DNA of 64,000 nt from assembly GCF_018977255.1 (NCBI RefSeq), contig NW_024704742.1, positions 40,488,001 to 40,552,000 on the forward strand. Direction: 5' to 3'. This stretch comes from Callorhinchus milii (lineage: Eukaryota). The position numbers and the translations under genes are program-made. The notes beneath the pieces were generated by a model. The model was given only the letters and a program-made list of their open reading frames with translations, was not told where the DNA came from and made no database searches. Below, in pieces: positions 25,101 to 37,100 of the stretch; position 1 is the first letter of the stretch, and each line of letters starts with the position of its first letter.

Positions 25101-28100
25101 CTTGGTAGCCCAACAATCTTAATACCTTGCTTTTAGTATTCACGGTAATCCGTGTATTTAATACAGCGCCTGTAGCATTGAAACATCACAAGGAACTGCG
25201 ATAGTTGTAGGTGATGAGTGGCAGTCAATTTAATCACAGCATTGTTTCACAAGCAGCTGTAAAGTGAATGATTTATTATTTATCTAGAATTTTATTAACT
25301 GTAACACTCGGAAAGCTCACAGCCACCTGAATAGGCAGACATATCATTAACTTCAGTAACATATCATCTCAATCGCAGGACGTTTAACAATGGACTACAC
25401 AGGAGGGTCAATCTGGACTGTGAGGTCAAAGTCTTGATCTGGGCTTGAGCTCCAAACTTGGGTCTCTGCCTGGCTCAGTTGGTAGGGCTCTCGTCTCTGA
25501 TTCATAAGGCTGTGGGTTGAATCCCCACATCAGGACTTTGTTCACTGCGGTGCTGGGATGCGCAGCATTTTGGGAGGTGAAGAACTTTGAGGCACCCTCC
25601 TGACGTGAAAGGCGCTATATTACATACAAGGATTATTCCAATTATTGTTATTATGACCCATAGGCGAGAGTCTTACCAGTTACGACAAGCTGACATACTG
25701 TATCAAATTTGAAACTTGTTTTGTGGCACTCCTTGTCATAGTGAACACCTATTTTTTTTATAAATGGCAGAAATGTTTTTGGCTTTCTGCGAAACAAGGT
25801 GGAGATCAGCACTTTTTAAAAAAAAGTACAGCGAGGAAAATGACTGAATAAGCTTGTTTATGATCGTATGAGTCAACTTTTGAAGGTTTGGCAGTCTACC
25901 AAAGTTGAGTAGGTAACAGGTCATCACCCATGATTATCATTTTTGAAATGTACTAAGTAGTCTTTTACTTGCTCTCCCTTCCAATAATGCACTACACAAG
26001 AAACATTAAACACATCTGTTCATTTCCAAAATGACACTACCCCTACGAAAATTATTTCAATTCAGGGTAGCTTTTGAACCTGCCTTAGCTACCAGAGATG
26101 ATATTAATTTGTAGTGTCATTCTCCCTACTAACTACAATAATACTGAAAGCACTGCGCAAATTGTGAATGACTTGTATGCTTGTTATATTTTGTGACTAT
26201 ATGTAGTAAATCTTCTGATTTACTACATTCTACTACTACTTTAGTAATGCCTGTGCTAACTTGTTCTGTGATTCATGCAGTGATTTGGTCGCAGTGCTTT
26301 GTGACTTTGTTTACCTTATGTGAGAATTTTACAAAAACTATTTTACTATGTGATGAAGATTTGAATTTTGAATTAATTTCTTTAGTTTTTGGAATTTATA
26401 TAAAGATGCAAGTCTTGTGGCAAGTCAAATGATCTTGGATATAAAGAAACGCAGTTTCATTGAGTTGGTTGTGCAATAGTTCCAACTTTTAATATCCCTG
26501 AGTATTTTGTTAGAGTAAAGAGCTGATTATCTGCAGTGATTCGGTCCGGCCCAATTGTAAATAAGCAAGCAGATAATTGGATATCATACACCTTTGACTG
26601 CAACTCTAATGAAACAAAATCAGGAATTTTACTCACTGTTATTAAAATGTCACTCTGTGCCATCGCTTCACTTTTTCTGCTACTCTTAACCTTTCTTTTT
26701 CTATCTTTATTTCTATCTAACTATCTATTTTCCACTAGCTTACTCTTACACTTTATGTCTCTCTCAATGCATCTGTTTTTTTCTGAGGCTCTCTTTGTTT
26801 CACACCATCTCTTGTACTGTCAGTACCATCTGTGCATATCTCTTTCTCACTGAGTTTGTGTGCCTCTCTCTCTCTCCATCTCTTGCTTGTTCTCCTTGAG
26901 ACAGGTTGATTTGTATAGAGTAAATAAATCGCATCCCTAGTAATTTTGCATGATACAATTTCATGAATGTGCATATTTGTACACATTTTGTTCCTTATCT
27001 TGCTGCCCTGTGTGATCTTCCTTATAATCCTGCGTGCTGTTGAATTGGTGTTCTTTTGAAATTTGGGTTTAACATGTTGTTTGATTCACTCCACATTAAT
27101 CTTTGATGCAAATCCTATTTATCCTTCTTTACTTGCATGCAGCACGAAGTTATGGGAGAAGACGAGGTAATTTAGTTTTCAGTGCTGATTTGTGTTTTTA
27201 TTGTATCTGATTTGCTTATTTTTGATTTACATTTTTATTTTTCATATTCAATTTGCACAATAGATTGAAAATCGTATTTTTTCTCATGATTGCTGGTAGT
27301 TTGTCTGTTTGCTGCAATAACATGTTTGGTTTGAACAGATGTTATTTTTGTGCAATATTTTAAAATGATTTGTTTGAATATACAAATAAAGAATAGAAGC
27401 CGATCCGAACAGACGGAATGAGGTTTGATAATTTGTTTGGAAAATGGACATTATTTTATTTTGAATGCACAGGAAAGTTTAGAGGACTATTTTAGTCATC
27501 TGCTTTTATTTTATAAAAAATATATATTAATGAATGAGAAGGATTGGGTATTTACATTATTAAGTGAATCTGTAATTACTATTATGCACCCAAATTTAAA
27601 ACATGAGCTCAGTGGTTGTACAGCAGATATTTGTTTTTTTTTAAAAATGCTTATGTTGTTGGCATCTACAGATATTTCTACAACTGATGTGATAAAAAGT
27701 TATATCAAATGCAAGGATTATTATTATTATTTCGTAGTAGTACAAAAATAGGGCCAGTGGTTTGGTAGGAATCAGACCTACAGCAGCTACTACATCAGTG
27801 ATACTCACTGCAAGTGCTATACTTGGGTCATTAATCTCAGCTCTCCATTCCCATTCCTCTTAAATGCACTTGGATGAGAGACACAGTTGTGCAAACACAG
27901 ATCGGATGTGAGAGGAGTCTTAATATATGTTCACTTGGATTCAAATTCATTTGCAGACTGTGTTTCAGAGTGTCAGATGATTGAGGAATTAAGCCGCTGA
28001 CCTTTTTGAAAAAATGTATTTGTGCAGAAGAAACTATCTTTAACACACTGTTACTTAAGTGGAAATGCAGAAATGGTTGCTAAGCTGAGAGATGGCATTC

Positions 28101-31100
28101 TCCCAAGTGGCTGCCCATCAACCAGGTATTCAGAATGTTAGACTATCTATAAAAGGGGATATTTGATCCAGGATGAAACTAATAAGAAGTTTCTGTTTCA
28201 CGATTAGAGACCACAGATCAACTTCTCTGTACATAACAAGTTTCCTTCTCATCCTCATGGGCAACCAAGAGAGAAAAAAATAGAAATTACCTAGGCTGTT
28301 TACAAGTTACAAGGGAACAGCTTGTTTAAAAGGGCAAAGAAAACTAGGAACATTTTCTTTGTTACACGTCCTTCCCATTTAATAAAAGAAAATATTATAC
28401 TCTGAAAACTGATTGATTTTAATTTGCTTGCCCACATGGCGCTCTGAATTGGTTGGTAAGGAAATTCCTCTTTTTTTAAGAATAGTAAATTTCTCCCTCA
28501 GATTAATATTTTGAGTGAGTACTCCATTTTGAATAAAAAGTAGCCATCTAGACTTTTCTTTCCCCCCTGTTGAGGGACAGAATAAACATCAGCAATAAAA
28601 AAAATGCATTGGGAATAGGGAGCTTTTAAGAGATTACATTAGATGGGGAAAACTCGGAGAAGCAGATTTTTTTTAGGAGAATAAGATGAAGATCATTAGG
28701 GGCAGGAGCCTTATTGGAGAACAGAATATGGAGGATACAACAGACCTCACTCAGATAAACCTAGTGCTTGTCATGGGGTGTAACAGTGGAGGATGGTTCT
28801 TTTCAAACAATCAAAGTTGGAGAAAAAATGCAAAAGAAAATGGTGGCGTTAACTTAAGGGAGCAATCTCTTTTAGAAATTTAAATACTGTAATTTCTGTG
28901 GGTAGACTACATTGCCAATTGCAATTCCAAAATATGTTGATCTTGAATAAAAGTTTTACATTGGTTCCGGAACTGGGACTGATTGAATACTACAGCTTAA
29001 ACAAAGCTTGTTATGGCTTTCAGTTCTAATTGTGAATCGCTTCAGCCAGAATGGCCCTGCATTCCTCTACTTTGTGTCCATTCAACATTTGTCCAATATT
29101 GTCAAGCAGAACTTTCTAGAATTAATTGTTTCTCCAATGAAAAATGTGCAAGTCCATTAAAGTTGGCAGCAAGATGAACCAATATTAAATAGCAGTACTC
29201 TAACACTGGAATGATGTTGATCTACTTTGAAAATTCAGTTTATGTAAGTGTGACATCCCCTTCTTGTTCATAACTTAAAAACATATTTCTATTTGAAATA
29301 TCCTCTATTTTAGCTTATGATTGCTGGTACACAACAACAGAGTATGTCACATTAATACTCATGGTGTTCTGTCCAATACACTGCAGTATTTTAGTAGGTT
29401 ATGCCAATGTTTCTCTTTTATTTTCAAGTTCTTCAGCCTTTTCTTTTTGTTTAAATAAAGTTTTAAAAAAATGTATAACTCGTGACATTATAATGCAGGT
29501 TAATTTATAGTGTGATTGGGGTGTGGCCCAGGCATTTAACTTACCACAAAATCCAAAATGAGAACAGAAAGCTGGAGCAAAAGGCTTGTGTATTCAAACC
29601 ATCAGCTCACTTCTTGCGCACTAAAAAGTGGCCAACTTGCATATTAGTTCACTGACGTGTCATTTCCTATGCACAGAAGGATGCCACGAAGGCTTGCAAA
29701 TGTTGCTGTGTTCTGTTTAATGCTATAATCCCTTTCCTGTGAACGTGTAACCCATATTTTTACATAGTTTTCATTTAAATCCTTCATTCTTTAAAGTTGT
29801 ATGTCTATAGTCTTATCCGTGGTTAAAAAATGGAATGACCTTTAACCCACTGACAGTAGTTTCCTATAGGATAAGTTCTCACTTATTGGAGAAATTGCAT
29901 ATTCTCCTAGTTTTCTCATTAACGGTTGAATAGAAGGGTTTTGAGGCGTGCCCCGCAAGAGACAAGAGAAGGAGCGAAGCGAATGTGGGATGGAGTTCCA
30001 GAGGGTGGGGGCAGAGAGACTGAAGGCCCGACTGCTGCTGGTGGGGTGGGGCGGGCCAGATGGTGGACATTGGAGCAAGCCAGAGCCTGCTGAGCGGAGG
30101 GAGTGGTCAGGTTGGTAAGGGGTTAGCAGGTCGGAGAGGTAGGAGGGGGCAAGGCCGTAGTGTTGCAGTTGTGTTTTAAAAGACTCCTCTTGGTCTCTGA
30201 TTTTGATGCTATTGTAACTTGAGTCAGCACATTGTAAGCATAGTTCCAGAGTCTATCTTTATGTGTACCACTGGTTTTCAAGCCACTAAGATTATACTAA
30301 TGTGTTTTTGCATTCCTACCTTGTGATTCTGCAAAACAGAACTCTTAATGGTAATACAGAGGTATTAGATTTATTCTGTTGGTGATTTTCAATATCTTTT
30401 GGAAATAGCCATTCTCTGAATATTTTAGGATTTTTTTGACAGCATCTAAAATGAATGGGTAACCACTGTTTCCTTTGCTCAAATTTGGAGGGGAAGGCCC
30501 ATCTTCATCCCAAATTGTTAACTGAAAACAAACTTGCATATTAGGTATTTAGTAATGACTTTATTACGGCAAGAACCCAAATGAGAGCAGGTCACTAACA
30601 TTGGGATTGGGAATTTAATAAGCTTATGTTTCATAGTTTACATGAGATTTAATGTTGAGACATTTATATTTCAAATAAACCATCTTCCTAGTGGTTTATT
30701 TGAAATACAAATAAACACTAGACAGTCCTAGTGGTATCATTGCCACTGATGGTCACTAAGACTTGAGAAATCATTTGTTTTAAACTTATTTATCCATGCA
30801 GGTTCAAAACACTCCAAACCTCTGCACCCATGATTTGCATTATTCTTCGGGATAGCCTACAAATATTGCAATTTGATGTGACCGAGATGGCCTTTTATTA
30901 TTTGCATTAAGCTTTGCCTCGCTTAATTTTTCATAAAAGCAGTATTGTACAAGGTCTCGGCTCCATTTTCTTTTAAGACAAACTGCTAAATAGAGCTGAT
31001 TCACTGAAACCTCATAGAACTTATTGTGGAGGGGGCGATGTATTTTAGAACTATGTTTCAAGTGTTTTGATTCTTTACAGAGTTGAATTCTTGCCTAGGT

Positions 31101-34100
31101 AGACTGACAAAGAGATTAGTGTCTGCAACTGTCAGCAGTCCAGGCTTTAGTAATTACTTGTACTTTTTGTCCAGTGCCAGCTGTCTGGGTTTTGTGTATT
31201 TTTCCCTTAGTGTCCTGTGTATAGCTAATGAAGATTAAAGGATGGAAGACCTCCTTTCACCAAGCCTGGGAAAGTGGCAAAATTGCTTAAGATAAATTGC
31301 AGTTTATCACGATCACTCGCTTTATTAATGTTGCAGTTTTGCTTTATTCTTTTAAATATTTGATTCTATGCTCTGCAGCTGTATTCTTTTGAAATTTGTA
31401 TTGATGTTGACTGTTTGCAGGGCGCTCTTCATTGTTCCCTATAGAAGATGGATTTCTTGATGATGGTCATGCAGATCAGACAATCCCTGGCGTTCTGAAT
31501 TCACCTAACTGCTGCTCATCTCACCAGAATGGGGAACGAATTGAACGGTACTCACGCAAAGTGTTTGTTGGTGGTCTTCCACCAGATATTGATGAAGGTA
31601 ATGATAGTGCATTGGTTAATGCATTCTTTTCTATACAATATTAATTTACAGTGATTGTACATTAAGCATTATTTTTTATACAGATGAAATTACTGCCAGC
31701 TTTCGCCGCTTTGGACCATTGGTAGTTGACTGGCCTCACAAGGCAGAAAGCAAGTCCTATTTTCCACCAAAAGGTAATGTAGACAACCTGCTAATGGGCC
31801 TTTTCTATGACTTGAAGTTCTTTAATCTTAACCAGAGTCTGTTTTTAACTCTTCAGCTGTGCATGATTACTGGATATACAGTGTTGCAGATAACCTTCAG
31901 AATTTTTTATAATGCCCCTGTTGGCCTAAATTTGTAATGAATGTAGCATTTACAAAGTAAAGTACCAATTGTGTGTCAGTTTGGCTCAGTGGTCGTATTC
32001 CTGCCTCTGAGTCAGAAGGTTGTAGGTTCAAATCCCACTACAGGACTTGAACTCACATAGTCTAAGATGACACTTCAATGCCTTTGGATGAGAAGTTAAA
32101 CCAAGGCCCTGTATGCCTGTTCAGATGGACATTAAGGATCCCATGGCATTATTCAAAAAAGGGAAAGGAGTCTCTCGCAGTGATCAGGCTAACAATCTCT
32201 CAAATAAAATTGGTCATTCAGTTTATGGCTGCTTGTTGGACATAGCTGTGCAAAAATTGGCTATTGCATTTGCCCACAAAACACAGTCACCAAGCTTTAC
32301 AATATATTCTGTGAAGCGTTTGGGATGTCTTCCTGACTTGAAAGGCACTATACTAAATGTAGGTAGTATTATATGCACAAAGTTGTGAAGGGTTCAAAGG
32401 CAAAGGAGTTTTTTGAACTAAAGTAGCCTGAAGAAAAAAAATCATGGTTGATGTTAAAATAATACTTCAGACCTCAAAGAGTTTAAAATTCCTCCCATCA
32501 GAGAATTATAGATTTATACAGCACAGGAGGAGGCCATTCGGCCCATTGTGTCTGTGCCGGCTCTTTGAAAAGAGTTATCCAATTCAATCCCACTCCCCCA
32601 CTCTATCCCCATAGCCCTGCAAACTTGTCTTCCCCAAATAATTATCTACACTTGTACAATGTACACTTATATAACACTTTGGGAGGAAGTCTATCATAGC
32701 TGCAAATAGCAGAGAATAGTGGGTGAGAAAAACAAAGAAGCAATTTGAGTTACAATTTTAACTCTTACTCTAGTTTGGGCAATTTGTTTTGCCTTGGAAT
32801 GAACAAGATACTGGTGTTACAAATCCTGTAACAGGATTAATCCTGTAACAGGATTAATCCTGTAATCCTGGAGTCCTGTAGCTCAGTGGTGTGAGCACTC
32901 GCTTTGTAAGCAAGAGACCTGAGTTCAATTCCAGGCAGGGCGAAACTTTGGGCAAGGTTCCTTACTCCACACGCCTACTAATAATCCCTCCAAAACAAAA
33001 ACAATAATAAATCGGTCATTTTCAATCTACGACTGTTTGTGGGACATTGCTGTGCGCAATTGGCTGCCGCATTCGCCCACAAATATACAGTCAATTCACT
33101 TTACATTGTGTTCTGTGAAGCGCTTTGGGACGTCCTCCCGACGTGAAAAGTGCTATATCAAATGCAAGGATTATTATTATTAAATGCTATATCGTGTTAG
33201 GACACGTGTCCTGTTAGCCTTCCATGTAGAAGAAAGTGATCGCCATTGATCAAGAAAGTGATTTGTCCAATGTTTTCAATACTCAATTGACAGTTCCTAT
33301 CTAAGGAAATAAAATTTTACATAAGGCAAAATATTGTGTACATTCCCTAATGTATAGTGAACTCAGTATGCATTAAAGTGACAAAACCACAATATTCTTA
33401 ACCTATGTTTTTCATGTTGAAAATTACTGTTACCTCAAGAGTCTCCAAAAGCAAATAACTGAAAACATTCAGTGACTGAAGAAACGGTAAAAATAATGGT
33501 GGGGAAAAAGCCTGTGGTGAATATGCCTCTGATTCTCTGCATACCAAGTTAGGATCCCAGCTTGGCAAGTTACCAAATGGAGACCAGGTGCTTTCTACAG
33601 GCAAGGAAATAATGTTTAGAGGTCATTCATTCAGTACATTAGTGCACTTCCAGCAATCAGTTTAGGAGCCCTCAAAGTGGGTCTCTATTCCAACTGAATT
33701 GAGAAAGATGTGAAAGAAGGAAGCATTGGGAGAATATGTTATTACTAAAAATTAATCTCAACTCTTACACTGCCGACATGTCTGGGGAAATTGTAGTCTC
33801 CATGCCAAAGTAGGGAAGGCTAACAGGACTCGTGTCCCAATGTGATATAGCATTTGTAACACCAGTATTTTGTTCATGACACGACAAAACAAATTGCCCA
33901 AACTAGAGTAAGTTAAAATTGTAACGCAAATTGCTTCTTTATTTTTCTCACCCACTATTTCTCTGCTATTTGCATCTATTTGACTTCCTCGCAAAGTGTA
34001 ATATAAGTGTACATTTGTATTGTATGTGTAAAACGTTCAGCCTTCAAAGGTAAAAACTATGTGTACCCTCATGAAAGCTTTGCTATGAAACCTCAAGTGT

Positions 34101-37100
34101 TGGGAATTTTGAAAAGTTGGTGACCTTTTTGTAACCTAGCTGATGATAGACCACAAAAATCACTTGGAAATTAACTGATTTGGAAGAATTAAGAAACATT
34201 TTAGATCAATTGCCATTATTTGAATCTGTTCCAATATGAAAGGAAACACCTCCTGATTAATATATCTCCTGAATAATATTGTCCTAAACAACTTTGGATC
34301 CCAGTCATAATATTGTAAAATGTATTTTTTGTACCACCTTACCCAGTAGTGTCCATCGAGTTTGCCTTATGTAGCTTTCCAAGGTATGAAATATTAAAGC
34401 ATGTTTATTGCTCTTCTGTACCTGGGGACTTTTTAATGTTTAGGAGCATACAAAACAGATTGTTTTCCTCCATTGATGGCATTGAAATATAGCATGCATT
34501 CTTAAAAATTCATAAGGTTTATTTTTTATTTTCCATGGTCAATAACTAGCAATAATACAGATCTTACAGCACTTTTAATTCATTTTTTTNCCAACCTTTT
34601 TTCTATTGTCTATGTTTTGTAGGCCGAATAAATACACCATTTTAAAATAATGTGAATTAAATTCAGATATGGCTAATTAATATTCTATATTGCTTAACAT
34701 CCATTAGCACATATGTTATTTTGCCATGTATAAAATGCAGAAATCTGTATATTTGGAAGATTATTTTCTGTTTCTTTGTGGAAAATGTTGCCCTTGGGGA
34801 AGTGCTCAGCTGCATGGGACAGTTAAATTTGGCATTCTTCTTTCCCAATGGTACATGACACAGAAGAGGTTAAAATCCCTTGGGGAACTTCTTACCTTGT
34901 TTGAAGGATGTATATACTAATGTTTGGGTGTAGCTTTCGCTTAGTCCCATATAATAACCATACATTATCATTTAGCTAGTTTTATTAAAGTAATTCTATC
35001 CACATTTTAATTAAACATGATTCCATTTCTAGTCTTTAAGTCCAGATGTAGCTGAAACCTGGAGTTCAATGCCCTTTATAAATCCTGTTTTTTTATCACA
35101 TCATTTTGTCTACATTCCATTATCAATGTGCTTCAGTTGGGACTTATTTTATGCTGAAAATATGGTTTCTTCAGCCTCTTTCTCATTTTCCCCAGCTTTC
35201 TTAATTTTTCCAACCTCTCCATTTCCCAAAAAATCATCCTAGGCCAAGCAGCTGAGAGAGTCAACATACCACCTGCTCTCAGGCTCCCATCAATTTCTCT
35301 CTGTATTATCTACTAGACGATGTACAAAAGCATCACAGAGACGATTCTGCCAATTTTCTCCCCTCCTCAAGCTGTTAGTTCCATCTCTGGCTGCCTGCCC
35401 AGATGGGGTTTCATGTGCGACCTTAGACAGTGACTGTCATTAGGCTATTCACCATGTGAGGGGGTGGGTCACAGATCAGCCCAATCTAGTCCAGGCCTCG
35501 TATGTGTGTGTGTGTATATATATATATATATTTATATATATTTATATATATATTTATATATATTTATATATATATATTTATATTTATATATATATGTATA
35601 TATATACACACACTTACCATCAGGGGTCAGATGATAATGAACAGAAGTTGGAATCCTGACTCAAATTTCTTCATCATGAAGCAGAGAGGCCACTTTGACC
35701 ATTTGTAGCACACAAACAGCTGCTCAAACTAAGGTCAGGCAGCTCAGCCAACATTCCAGCCGAGACTCGACCCTCGCCTGAATGATATAGTGCTGTACCT
35801 GATGTCTCTTTACCCAATAGGCCATTGAGTGAGCTTTTTGTATAAAAATAGAACCCCTGTTTAGGAATTTCCATTTGTACCTTGCAGACCAGAAGGATTA
35901 TTGAGGAATACATTTTAAGCATGTGGAAAGCAACTATTTCTGCATGTTCTGAAACTGGCATCTCTTGATTTATACTTCTGTTGCAGGTTATGCCTTTCTC
36001 CTGTTTCAAGAGGAAAGTTCTGTCCAGGCTCTGATAGATGCCTGCATTGAAGAGGATGGTAAACTCTATCTTTGTGTCTCGAGCCCCACTATCAAGGACA
36101 AACCAGTAAGTTCATTGACATATCTGGAAACACTTCTAGGTTATTACCATTATTTATCCTTCAGCTGGAGCCCTTGAAGCACATGAAAAAGAAGAGTATA
36201 ATTAAAAGAGATATGTGTGGTCAAGATGAAGCAGTTTATCATCAATGTCACAAAAACATGTGTTGTACACAAACTGCTTTCTGTACATTTTGTCAAGCAG
36301 GTGCTTTATGGTGAGCTAGTGAGCTAGTTTCTGAAATATAGCAGTCACATAGATATTTGATTAATTTCCTTCAGAATTGAAAGTAATATTTAAGAATAAA
36401 CCGAGCTTTATGCATGTCACAAAAAAGTATATTGAAACATATTCCACTGAGTGTATGTGGACCCACCACATTATCTCTCCCCACCCCGCACACATGCACA
36501 CCACCACACGCACACACCATTCTCATTGGTGAAGTAAGTCTATGAAAGTGGGTTTATAGCATTGGGATTGCGACTCTCAATCTTCACCTTCCAGTTGTAG
36601 TGGGGGGAGGGAGCATGTACATCCAGGTGCTTTAACTGCATGGGGAAAATGTGTAATGTGCCGCTGAACTGATCGCAATGAACAATTTTTCTGTAAAATC
36701 TTGGTGTATTTGAAGATAAAGCCATTGCAGAGCAAGTTCTTAACCGTAGATATTCATTTAAAATTGAGTTTCAATCCAGTCAAAGCAGCTTTGCGCTTGG
36801 TTGGTGAGAAAGCAAATTGTCACCAGGAATAGTGTATTTATTTGTCTACTGTTAATTGCAATATAAATCTCAGCATCCTACAGTGATATCATCTGTCAAA
36901 CTGCTGACTTGTCTACACCAGCAGTTTGTAATATGAATTCAATATGACGTAGAGAATACCAGTTGATTCATATATTTTAGTGTACCTGGACTAGAGGGAC
37001 AGGAAGGAGAGAGATAAATAAATGTGCTGGAATGAATGTAAGTGCTTTTCCAGTAATTAAAGTTCAGTTTTCAATCTGTAACATAAGATGAGTTTGATGG

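Noticed and set aside
35456..35708. ORFs with YIYI repeats
   Set aside because: Translation of a (TA)n microsatellite.
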